DNA of 64,000 bases from Eledone cirrhosa (lineage: Eukaryota): positions 47,678,001 through 47,742,000 of the forward strand of contig OZ024743.1 in NCBI GenBank assembly GCA_964016885.1. The letters run 5' to 3'. Position numbers and translations under genes: made by a program. A model generated the notes under the pieces. The model worked only from the letters and a program-made list of their open reading frames with translations, searched no databases and had not been told where the DNA came from. Of this stretch, positions 12,830-25,800 are shown in pieces. Each line of letters opens with the position of its first letter. Positions within the stretch are counted from its first letter, which is position 1.

Positions 12830-13020
12830 GGGCGGTGGATTGGCAGTATCGGTAGAGGGTCGGAGACCATGATTTCCAGCATAGAGTTGCGTCTCTTTAT
12901 GTTCTGAGTTCAAATCCCGCTGAGGTTAACTTTGCCTTTCATCCTTACGTGGTCGATAAAATAAAGTACCAGTAATGCATTGGGATAATGCTGGCCTTGC
13001 GCCAAAAGTAGAAACAATTA
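12830..13020 (+). mobile_element. SINE family A copy
   Basis: ggcggtggattggcagtatcggtagag..gagttcaaatccc..gcctttcatccttacgtggtcgataaaataaagtacc. Confidence 0.75.
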
Positions 13021-13404
13021 TTTTAATTCCATTAAGGGGGGTGGATTGGAAGTATCAGTAGAATGGTGGACACCATGCTTTGAGGCATATAGTTATAGCC
13101 CTTTGCATTCTGAGTTCAAATCCTGCCAAGTTTATCTTTGCCTTTCATTCTTATGGGGTCAATAAAATAATGCAATGGGGTCAATTTAATTTACCCGTCT
13201 CTTCAAATGTAGAAACAATTATTATAATTCCATCCACATCTGTGATATATCAGTATATGAGCTACAGTGTTTAACTTACTTTATTTTATCAACAACAGGC
13301 AAAGTTAATGTTATTTAATTTCTGTTATTTATAAATGTATTGAAATCTGATTAAATTTGACTTCACAATTTTTTAAATAATAGTTTAGCAGTAACTAAAT
13401 ATGG

Positions 13405-13635
13405 TGTATATCAATTAAATGTTGCCTCTACTTTGCACTTGTTGTAGTTAATGATGATGTAGCTACATGCATCGTTAGACATGACACCTTCCTCTATCAT
13501 CAAGTTAACTAAAAAAGTCACTAGCATATGCCCTACTTTGCCAAATATTTTAAAAATCTCAGTAATTATCCCTGACAGACCAACTACGTTCCCTGCCTTC
13601 ATTTCATTAATTACTACCATATTAGCAGGCATGAA
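13405..13635 (-). mobile_element. Degenerate RTE LINE RT fragment
   Basis: ORF 13411-13632 (MKAGNVVGLSGIITEIFK..IIINYNKCK) is homologous to the 14182 ORF. Confidence 0.7.
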
Positions 13636-13948
13636 ATGTTGGATTTGTGTCGGGAAAAAGCACCAAGGTCAGACCTTCCTCATAATGTGTCCACCCAGCT
13701 CCCAAAATACAGTTCCACTATGAGTAGGGTATGGTGCAACCAACTGGCCAGACCCTCCTCATAACAGAATCACCCTGTAAACATGGTTGGTGTTAGGAAG
13801 CGCATCCAGCTGTAAAAAAGTGGCAAAAATACAGTTCTGTTTGAGCAAGGTACAGTGAGTGTAACTGGCCAGACTTGCCTCATAATGTGGATGACCCATC
13901 TAAGCCACGCAAGTATGGAAAATAAGACATTAAATGGTGATGGTGATG

Positions 13949-13980
<32 letters not shown>

Positions 13981-14139
13981 TCAAATACACTCTTGGTTCG
14001 TCTCAATCAGAGGCAACATTGTTTTAATATATATATATATATAGAGAGAGAGAGATGGAGATGTTATTCTTGCAAATTAGCATGCAATGCCTTTTTCATT
14101 ATATTTTCACTTTCTGTGTAAATTATCAATTCAGTATAC

Positions 14140-16372
14140 TTAGCTAGGAGGGAAGCAGAGGATAGAAAATTTGAGCATGTTTTGCAACGTGAGGACCAGA
14201 AACGGGAGGTGTTCAAGATTGCGAGGCAGTGTGTCAGAGAGAATTGTGATATCATTGGAGAGAAGTGTATCCGGAATGATAAAGGTGAGCTTGCCCTCAC
14301 AAGTGCTGAGAAGAAAGATGCATGGAAGAGCCATTATGATAGATTACTAAATGAGGAGAATGCATGGGAAGAAGAGACCCTACCCCAAGTAGACCCTAGA
14401 GAGGGGCCAGCAGTACAAGTCAGCAGCAGCGTAGTAAGTAAGGCAATCAAAGATATGAAGATGGGGAAGGCAACCGGTCCATCGGGTATAGTTGCCGAGA
14501 TGCTGAAGGTATCTGGGTCTGTAGGTCACACTATAACCACACGTATTGTTAACCAGGTAATACTAGAAGGTGTCATACCAAAAGATTGGTGCAGTAGCAT
14601 CATTGTCAACTGCTACAAAGGTAAAGGTGATGCACTAGATAGAGGAAACTATAGAGGTATAAAGCTGATGGACCAGGTCATGAAAGTAACAGAAAGAGTT
14701 ATAGCAGAGTTTATTAGGGACCGGGTGAAACTTGACGAGATGCAATTTGGGTTTGTACCAGGAAGAGGCACCACTGATGCCCTCTTCCTTGTGAGGCAGT
14801 TACAGGAAAAGTACCTAGTTAAAAGTAAGCCACTCTACCTGGCATTTGTCGATCTCGAGAAAGCCTTTGACAGAGTTCCACGTGCTATAATCTGGTGGTC
14901 TCTTAGAAAAATAGGAGTCGATGAATACTTGTGAAAGCTGTACAAGCCATGTATAGAGGAGCAGTCAGCAAAGTTAGGATTAGCAATGAGTATAGCGAGG
15001 AATTTAGCATACAGGTTGATTGCCACCAGGGCTGTTCTTAGCCCTCTCCTGTTCATCATAGTCCTGCAGGCAATAACGGAGGAGTTTAAGACCAGATGCC
15101 CATGGGAACTCCTGTAAGCAGATAACCTCGCACTTATAGCTGAATCTATGGTAGAACTAGAGAAAAAATTCCAAACAGGGACTAGAAAGAAAGGGTCTCA
15201 AAGTCAACCTGACAAAGACTAAGGTCCTTGTAAGTAGACTAGAAAACAGAACCCAGATCCCCTCAGGGAAATGGCCTTGCTCAGTATGTAGGAAAGGTGT
15301 AGGTAGGAACTCCTTCTCTGCCCCAAATGCAAACAATGGGTACACAAGAGATGTAGCGGGGTCTCAGGAAGCTTAATTAAGCATGTAGGCTTCACATGTA
15401 GCAGCTGTGCTGGGACAGCAAGCAGCAAACAGCCACAGGAAACAAGTACCACCAATCTCTGGAAGGGCTCTGTAGAAACAGTAGACAGTTTCTGCTACCT
15501 AGGTGACCGAATTAGCAGCGGAGGTGGGTGTTCAGAAAGTACAATAACTAGGGTAAGAACGGGATGGAAGAAGTTCAGGGAACTACTGCCACTGCTAGCT
15601 GCAAAAGGCTTTTCCCTCAAAATGAAAGGCAGACTGTATGATGCGTGTATACGAACAGCAATGTTACATGGTAGTGAGACTTGGGCGCTGAAGGTGGAAG
15701 ACTTACGTAGATTAGAAAGAAACGAAGCCTGCATGCTCCGATGGATGTGTAATAGTAATATACGCGAACGGCAAAGCATAAATGAATTGAGAGAGAGACT
15801 GAGCATAAGAGGAATCAAATGCTGTGTGCAGGAGAAGCGGTTGTGTTAGTATGGACATGTGATGCGTATGAAGGATGACAGCTGCATAAAAAGGTGCAGA
15901 GCACTAGAAGTCATTGGAAACCGCGGAGTGGGGAGACCCAAGAAGACCTGGGATGAGGTGATAAAAGCCGACCTTACCCAATTACACCTCTCAAAGGCGA
16001 TGACACACGACCGTGACCTCTGGCGTCACGCAGTAATACAGAGTACCCGACCTCCCATGGGTACAAGCTGAAGCATATAGACAATATGCCCCCACACCTT
16101 CCCACTGCAAAGTGGTCGTGGAGGTGCCACGGCAAAAAAGCACCCAGCCCACACTGTAAAGTGGACGTGTAGGCACCACAGAAAAAAGTACCCAGCACTC
16201 ACTGTAAATGAGATTGGTGTTAGGAAGGGCATCCAACTGTAGAAATCAAGCCAAAATCAGTTCCTGTATGAGCAAGGCATGGTCAGCCGACCAGACACTA
16301 CCCACAACAGGACAACCCGTCTAACCCATGCTTGCATGGAAGAACGGACGTAAAACGGTGATGATGATGATG
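14140..16372 (+). mobile_element. RTE-clade LINE, 5'-truncated, RT pseudogene with 3'UTR and (ATG)n tail
   Basis: KATGPSG..YKGKGD..NYRGI..QFGF..FVDLEKAFD; HQG.VLSPLLF; LYDACIRTAMLHGSETW; GRPKKTW; tail ggacgtaaaacggtgatgatgatg. Confidence 0.93.
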
Positions 16373-16638
16373 AATAGATAGATAAAAGAACTTAGGAAAA
16401 ATGAGTTAGAGAGAAAAATTATTCAATACATTTCCATAGTTTCAATAAAAAATTTATTTTTAACCATTATCTTTTATTTATATTTTTTATAAAAAATTTG
16501 ACAGTGATTCTGATCTCACTAAAATATACAAATATAATCAAAACAGCTTTATATTTCAATGAAACATTGCAATGAACATTTAGGTAGTGTTTTATTAAAT
16601 AATATATACAAATGATAATAATGTTGATATTTAACATC

Positions 16639-16847
16639 CTAGCCTGCTGTTTTCTCTGAAGGACATGTAAGGTTTTGTGTGTTGCTTATTTTCTGTTTTA
16701 TAACAGACCATTTTTCAGCCAGGCTTGATGTAATTTCTGTTGGGTTTTCACTAAGAAAGATTTCTAATGTTGGATATATTGTGCCAGGATCAAATGGAAA
16801 CAACTTAAGTAATACATTGGCACAACATAAGTTGATCTGTTGAGGAA
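16639..16847 (-). CDS. ICE1: ICE1 last coding exon
   Basis: tttcag|TT CCT.. VPQQINLCC..SEKTAG*; minus-strand AATAAA at ~16591-16596 and ~16453-16478. Confidence 0.88.
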
Positions 16848-19800
16848 CTGAAATAAAAAAAGAAAAATAAGAAAAATAAATAATCATATTTTTCAGGTTA
16901 TAAGATATACTGATGAGGTACTTATTTTAAAGAAAAATAAAATAGGAAAAAAATTACAGTAGTGATATTTTAAAAAATTATTGATAAAAAATTCAACCTG
17001 ATATTTAAAAAATAAGTATTATTTTAGATTCAAAGGAGCTCAAATGAGTTATTTTACATCATGTTGAACAGTGATTTTGATATATTTACAATTGCTTTCA
17101 CTCAAGTCTATAATCTATAAATAAAAAGTGGTCAGTAGTTCAGCACTTAGACCTCACAACCACCATATCTCCTATTTGTTCTCAATATTGAGATATCTCC
17201 ATGAATGACTGGATTGTAGTCATATACTGTATACATTAAGGACAGACCAAGATAATGTGAGAAACAAGGTTTGTTAAATCAACAACTCTAACCACTCAAA
17301 TATATTTTCTACCTCTGTTTTTATTTCATAAACTATGAGAGTCCTAGTTCCAGCTCAGCAGTGACATTTCTGGTATTAGGAATAGTCAACTACAGAAAAC
17401 CTGCCAAAAGCATAACATACGAGCAGACATCATCCCGAACCCATCTTTGAGAGTAATAACTCCAAATAAGAACAGACTCGGACTATGACAACCCATCCAA
17501 TCCATGCCAGTATGGAAAGTAGATGTAAACTGATGATAAAGATACATCATATATATTATAGGAAAATATATGAAATTCCACAGTAAATTGAACACATCTC
17601 AGGATTCAGTAAATAAAGAATGCAGTAGAAGATATAGTCAAGTGGTCACAATGTTGGACTAACAACCAAACATTGTGTTTAATGTTATGTTGCTATACAT
17701 AAATCTATTGAGTGGCCTTGTGGTAAGAGTGATGGACTTACGATCATATGTTATGGTTTCAATTCCTGGGCTGGGTTGTGTGTTGTGTTCTTGAGCAAAA
17801 CACTTCATTTCACATTGCTCCAGTATACTCAGCTGAAAATGAGTACCAACAATTGCTGGGGGTTTAACCCTGTGATGGACTGGCATCCTGTCCAGGGGGA
17901 AGTCTTGTACTCTCAGTCACTTCACACCATGAAAACGGGATAAGCACCGGCCTCACAAGTGTTCTGGCTTAAAACAGACTTTAGAGTTAGACTTTCTCTA
18001 TGGTTGTGAGATGTGACTGATGAGAGTGATAGATTTACACAAACTGGAAGTTTTGGACCATTTTGTCTTTGCTGAATCCTCCATATTTCTGCATTGGAAT
18101 TTGTGCCAATTTTGTTTTTTGTCTTTACCAGTTTGATTCCCTCCAACAACTTCCTCAAAAGGTGGCTTTGTTAGTTTGGTCATGCACTCAGCTGTCCACA
18201 AGTTGATCTAATCCACAATATAATCGCACCAGAGCCCCTAATATCTGGTGCTCACATATATGGTATCTACATTTGGAATCATGACTGGCTGGCAATATCC
18301 ATATCAGAGACCTGTGATCACTATGAATAGATGGTCCCTGTTTACAATGCTGTGGATGCACTGGTTTGAGTGGGTTCAACCAATTCTAGTTGGACAACAC
18401 ATGAAAAAGTAAGTAGTACCCATGGTCTTCAGTTATCAGTCATTTTAGTAACAAGAAAAAAATTAAATTATACAGTGGAACCTCACTTCATGAACCATTT
18501 TTCTGAAAATAAAACATCACAGTTGACAACGGTATCTCGAACACACAAGCTGGCAACAAGAGTTGGCAACAAGCTGGGAGTATTAGCAGAGAAAGCGTCA
18601 CTTGCTGTGTAGTTAGTTACTATGGTAATATCTATCTGTCTTTCATACACAGTCTCTCTCTCACTGTATTTTTCTTTCAAAATTTCGTATGGGAAAAATA
18701 GTTTCGGTTTACAAACATTTTGGATGAGGAAAGGTGTTCAGGAATGAATTAAGTCCGTGAACAAAGGTTCCACAGTATTTTGAATGCAGTCAAAGAGAAA
18801 ATAACTTACCTTTTTTAGATGCCAAGAGTGGTTTTAGTAGGTAATTCACAGCATAGCACACAGTTTTGTCCCTTGTCTGACCGTGTAAATATAAATTACC
18901 TAACAGAAAATATAACATTACATATTTATTGCGTATGCTTTCGTGAGAAAGGAAATACTTTCAAAGTTGTATGGTCATCTTAGAACGGGAGTGAAGTAAA
19001 CTGAGGCGGATTAACCCTTTTGTCACCGTATTTCTAATGAAGTACACTATTTCAATTAATTCAAGAAAAAATACTAAAATTATTATTTCATCACTAAGAT
19101 AGTATTTGAACATATGAGCAAGACAGTCATCTGACTTGTCTAGCCTCAGAATGTAACACGTGTGTCCCCTCCATATTACTGATACTGTGCAAGCCAACAC
19201 AGATTATCTCCAATTACATTGAAGGCAAAACCAGAAAGCAAAATACCAAAAGTGATACAACAAAGCATCACATCTGGTACTCTAACAATTCCACCAATCC
19301 ACCATCATGGACTGGTACTTTATTTATCGATCTCAAAAAGCAAAGTTTGGGTGAGATTTGAACTCAGAATGCAGAAAGTGGAACAAATACCAAAAGATAT
19401 TTTAATCCGATGTTCTAATAACTCAACAATTGTGCTGCCGGTATAAATAACACAGGACCAATTCAAAATGGAAAAAAATGTGAAATATAAAGAGACTTAC
19501 CTAACATTTCCAATATGAAATATAATACAGAGGTGACAGATTCACTGGGTTCTTCAGTTGAGAGATACTTCTTTAACAAAGGACCAATCCGATTCCGAAT
19601 TAGACTGTTAGTCCAGGACCAGTTCTCTTGGACACTCAGCAATTCAATTCCTTTCATTAAGCAAAATATATCATCTGGACAGAAAGAAATGTGATAGAAT
19701 AGGGCTATAGAGATATATAGTAATATAGAGTAGAGCTATAGAGATATATAGTAATATAGAGTAGGGCTATAGAGATATATAGTAATATAGAGCTATAGAG

Positions 19801-22800
19801 ATATATAGTAATATAGAGTAGAGCTATAGAGATATATAGTAATATAGAGTAGAGCTATAGAGATATATAGTAATATAGAGTAGAGATATATAGTAATATA
19901 GAGTAGAGCTATAGAGATATATAGTAATATAGAGTAGGGCTATAGAGATATATAGTAATATAGAGTAGAGCTATAGAGATATACAGTAATATAGAGTAGA
20001 GCTATAGAGATATATAGTAATATAGAGTAGGCTATAGAGATATATAGTAATATAGAGTAGAGTAGAGTAGAGCTATAGAGAAATATAGTAATATAGAGTA
20101 GGCTATAGAGAAATATAGTAATATAGAGTAGAGCTATAGAGATATATAGTAATATAGAGTAGGGCTATAGAGAAATATAGTAATATAGAGTAGGCTATAG
20201 AGATATATAGTAATATAGAGTAGAGCTATAGAGAAATATAGTAATATAGAGTAGGGCTATAGAGATATATAGTAATATAGAGTAGAGCTATAGAGATATA
20301 TAGTAATATAGAGTAGAGCTATAGAGATATATAGTAATATAGAGTAGGGCTATAGAGATATATAGTAATATAGAGTAGAGCTATAGAGATATACAGTAAT
20401 ATAGAGTAGAGCTATAGAGATATATAGTAATATAGAGTAGGGCTATAGAGATATATAGTAATATAGAGTAGAGCTATAGAGATATACAGTAATATAGAGT
20501 AGAGCTATAGAGATATATAGTAATATAGAGTAGAGTAGAGCTATAGAGAAATATAGTAATATAGAGTAGAGCTATAGAGATATATAGTAATATAGAGTAG
20601 GGCTATAGAGAAATATAGTAATATAGAGTAGGCTATAGAGATATATAGTAATATAGAGTAGAGCTATAGAGAAATATAGTAATATAGAGTAGGGCTATAG
20701 AGAAATATAGTAATATAGAGTAGGGCTATAGAGATATATAGTAGGACTATAGAGATATAGTAATATAGAGGAGAGCTATAGTGAAATATAGAGTATGGGT
20801 ATATTGTGATACATAATATAGTACATAGGTGTGAATGTAGGTGTAGCTGAATGGTTAAGAAGTTCTCTTCACAATCATGAGATTTCAGATTCAATTCCAC
20901 AGTATGACAGTAGGGCAAGTATCTTTACCATAGCATCAGGTTGACCCAAGCCTTAGTGAAAGTGGATAGAAGGAAAGTGTGTGGAAGCCCATCAAATAGA
21001 GTATACTATAGAGTGTAGTGATATATAATATAGAGTATACTATAGAATGTAGTGATATATAATATAGAGTATACTATAGAATGTAGTGATATATAATATA
21101 GAGTATACTCTGTCTTCCATGATAAAGTAGACCAGTTATGACCATCTTTTTTTGGCTTAACAGCAAAATGACTCTATGGCCTAATTCTATGGTGAACTAT
21201 AGGATAAACCTCTAGCTTTTAGTCATCACTGCATGGTGTAAATAAATAAGGTTACATAGACACAGACAGCTGTAAAGGCTGTCTTATTGTTTATACAACT
21301 TCACTGTGAACAGAAAAAGAAGGCTTTACTAGACTATAAATTTTAGTGTCCTTACACTTTCCTTGCCAACTGCTCATCCACTGTAACTAATCACTGTAGT
21401 GATGGCTAAAATCTATAGGTATATCATCTAGTACACCATAATATTCAAAACAAACACTGCTGACACGTCGGGAATTTATTTAAATTTTCCTATTGTCTTG
21501 TAGCAAGGAAATAATTAAAAAAACAACAAAAAACATTTTAAAAACAAATTAACCAAACCTTTGCTCAACGTAGCATCAAGACAACCTTGGAGTTGGGCTA
21601 ACAACTGGCGTGGGACCTCATTTTTCTTATTTTCTGTTTGAAGGGACCAGCCACATAGTTTATATAAACATCGCAAAGCCTAAAAATAAATAGTAAATAT
21701 AAATTGTAAAATTAGATTAAAAATCAGGAGACATAAGGGAATATAACATTAAAAACTAAGCCACACCACCATATTTTTTCCTTCCTTATCCCATAACTAC
21801 ACCCATCCATAAACATCATTACATGAAACAACAGTCTTTATGTGGCTGCTTGACTTGCAAGATATAGTAACCAAATTCCATCAAATCACATAAGTTTGTT
21901 TAAGTACTATTACTTGGAAATAAAATTACAATCCACTCTCCTTTCACATTCAACAAATATTGCTTATTGGTGTAATTGTTTTATCTTGAAACAAGTTAGC
22001 TCTTGATGAAATTTGATGAAATTGTTCCAGTATATTTTCATTCAATTGATATAACCACTGTAGCAATTACATTGTCCTCATCATCATTTAATGTTTGTTT
22101 CAACAATCAGTCAGTTCTTAAGTGGAGCTACTTATCCCTCAGATGGGCTGGGGGCATGCACTCGCTTGTATTCCTGCCCTCTATCGAGTGAATTTTATTG
22201 TAGCACCAGCATGGAGGGCGTTGTCATGTCTTTGACACAGCTGAAGAGTCCTCCTAACCTGTTTAGCAGGTTTTCTATGGCTGGATACCCATCCTATCAT
22301 TCACTGAGTTCATAACTCAAAGAAAAAACTACTTTTATAATTTTGATTTTTTCCTATAACTACTGTCAAAAAGATTCTGTTTACCCTTTTTCAATGTTTT
22401 TTTCTCTTTAGTTCTACCACTATTCTTTGCTTAGTGAATTTAAGTTTCAGACAAATATCACCACAATTTTGAATAAAAGAAGAATAAGATATTTAGCAGG
22501 GTTGATAGTTGCAAAGTCCACCTTCAGTGCTTTGTAGTGTCACAACAGTGGCAATGGCCGTCTGGATAGCTATGTATATGGATGTATATGCTGGCAAATA
22601 CAACCAAGCTTCAAAGATACTGGACTACCAACTCTATGGAACGACAGACTTCCAGAAGCAGGCACATAACAGATTCACAAGAGGTTGGAAGTTAGCTAAA
22701 CTAGGGAGAGGTAAATATGGCCTGCCTGCCCAGCCAATGAGGTGGCGTAATATAAAACCTAAAACAATGCAAAAAGATTGTCCTCAGTCTCCTGCATATC

Positions 22801-25800
22801 ATTTGAACCACCCTACAACAGTAAGATGAAATCTGAGTGATCGGAGGCTGCTAGGAATCCCAAGTACCCATAGGCCACCACAACGATTCACGTCGAAATG
22901 GAAGCACATTGTGACCAGTGATGCAGGAGTTATCGACCTTAGAACATCTAATAGTCTGATCAATCTAATAAAGATCCAAAGATAGATGTAGCATTAATGT
23001 TAGAGATAGTATTCATTGCAAATTCAATAAAGTCTCCCACGCTAAATTTACACCTGATTAAGCCATGTGTGTATGTGTAGAAAGCATCAACAGCCCCACT
23101 TCACACACACCAAAAAAAGAAGCCGCCAGAATGAGGATGTCTCACCTTTTTATCTGCATACTTTCCTTTCATTGAATTCACTACAACGTGCTCAATAACT
23201 TGAGGTAAAGTCACATGTCCAGCTGGGAAATAGAAAATAAATACTTTTTAAATGGTGTCACAGAATGCAATTAGATGATGATGATGATAAAACCTGTCGG
23301 ATTTGACGATGAACATTCAGTTGTTTAGTCAATTGAATGTCCAAGTCAATGTTATGGCTCTTCATTGCAGTTTTCTACACCCACTACAATGACCTCTGCT
23401 CTTCAGAACTGGCTGATTTCATACCACCTCCATTTAGACTTCTACTTCTCACATATAGCATGTCCAATCCTCCATGTCCTTAAATAAACTCATAGTCTGT
23501 CCTTCCACCACAGAATGTCATCCCTCTGGAGTTCCCTTCCAGCATATACTTTTCCAGCAAATGTCAATTTGCAACTGTTCAAGAGATCTCACCCACATGG
23601 TGGTGGTGATGGTGGTGGAAGAGAGAGAGAGCTTCTAAAATTCATGGATACAGTCCACTTCTTTCAGACAGATAAAAATTAAAGAATAATATTTGTAGTT
23701 GTTTCTTTATTTTTTATTTATTTTTTATTTATTTATTTTTTTTTTTTTTACTATTCTTGACTGATTTGAAAAATGTGGTTCTGTTAGATTTGAAACAGTT
23801 TCATCAACATCATTGATTAACATCTACTTTCCCTGCTAGTAAGGCTTGGACAGGTCTACACAGACCAAGTTAATACTCAAGTGGGGCTTCTGACCTCCCA
23901 GACAGGCTAAACCCATGAATTCATGAATCACTACCATGTTGGATTAATCCTTTGATACTAAACTGCTTGAAACAGCCCCTGGTTCTAGGATAGAAAAATT
24001 ATTTCAAAGAGTATATATTCATCCAAAAACCCTTCCATCATAATTTTATTAAGTTCCAAACACCAACTTAATAAAAAGAAAGTTATTTTACTAAATCCCT
24101 CCAAATTCTTGATTATCTTCAAAATTATTTGAAAATCATTGACAGTGTCTTTCATGAGAAATATGCTAATGAGAAGGTTAATGAACAGAAAAAAAGGGGA
24201 TCAAACTGACTGATTAGTAATTTACTGTTGGTCATTAAGTTTAACAACAAGATTATAAAATCTAAATATAGAGACAGTTACCTTCTTTGTTATAAGTCAA
24301 CACCAAAGGCCATGTAGCAGAAACAGTTAAGGCAAACAGCATGTAATGAGAGGATGGCAGCTGGCACAGTGTGTCATAAAAGAAGACACGGGCCATACAA
24401 AGTTGACCTACAATAAGATGAATAATAAAGAATATATATGTGATGCTGTAATTTGCGTCTGATGGTGCAGTGTGCAGACAGTTGCCTGCTGTCATTAAAT
24501 GCTATTGGTTCTCACTGAAGAAAATTTGTAACTGAGCAAGTTTATTAACAATGGAGGCACATGGCTTAGTGGTTAGAGCAATGGCCTTGCAATCGAAAGG
24601 TTGTGAGTTCAATTCTCAGACCGGGTGATGTGTTGTTTCCTTGAGCAAGACACTTTATTTCACATTGCTCCAGTTTACTCAGTTGTAGAAATGAGATGAT
24701 AGGGACTGGGGTCCCTATCATTCCACTGCAAAGTGGTCGTAGAGGTGCCACGGCAAAAAAGCACCCAGCACTCACTGTAAATGAGGTTGGTGTTAGGAAG
24801 GGCATCCAGCTGTAGAAATCAAGCCAGCACCAGTTGCCGTCCCACTCTTGCAAGCAGGGAAAAGCGGACGAAAAATGAAATGATGATGAATGATGATATA
24901 TATATAAGGATTACAAAAAATGTTAACTTATTGGAGTAAAATATAAAAATATAATTAGAAATAGCTATGATTTAATATCTGTATATATACCATCATTATT
25001 TTCTGGGACCCACGTTTGTCAACCTCCTCACAGTGGGTCCTGGAAACTGATCATGATCAAATGACAACCTGAGACAAACTCATACACAAGAATAAGATCA
25101 TCATTTGGTTATTCCAGTCAAGACAGACTTCACAACTCTTCTCCACAGTTCACAATACTGCATTACCATAGCAACATTTCACACTTCAAATCTTTAATAT
25201 CTGGCAACGACATCTGGATCGGAGAGCATAAACTTTTCCCACAGCTTGCTGAGGTTTTCAAAATATAAATGATGACACCACCTTGTCTTTTGTTCTAAAG
25301 TAATGCCCAGCAAATTGTACTCTGTATTACCTCACTATTTATGAGCTATGTGGTGAAGTCCTATAAATTTTGTTTTAGTGTTGGATGTAATTTCCACAAA
25401 ATATTTTAGATCTGACATAGAAGTCAAATGTAACAACCATCTAATGGTTTTGAAGTCTTACAGGAAATGTCCATGTCTGTGAGCCATACAAGAAAATTGG
25501 CTCAATGAGTGCACAAAATATATTGATTTTAAGGAAATAGTTCAAATCAAAAATGCTAGCATAAAAACAACACAAGATATCCGACTCGGACTTAGTTTCC
25601 TTAACTCTTCTATGGCAAGTTTGGAGGAAGGACAAAATTGATGAAATCAACCCAGTATTTGACAGGTACTTTATTTTATTGACCCTGGAAGGATGAAAAG
25701 CAAAGTTGACCTAAGCGGAATTTGAATGCAGAATGTAAAGAGCCAGAACAAATAACTGTTTCTACTTTTGGCACAAGGCCAGCAATTACCCCAGTACATT

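Noticed and set aside
22500-22940. GC-richer segment with a 106-aa ORF, possibly a LINE 5' end with an HDV-like ribozyme
   Set aside because: I could not assemble the nested pseudoknot or any protein motif by eye; an Infernal or Dfam search would be needed.
24553-24625. tRNA gene (A and B boxes), also at 49380, 49760 and 61200
   Set aside because: It continues into a SINE body and tail in multiple copies and lacks a proper acceptor stem; it is a tRNA-derived SINE head.
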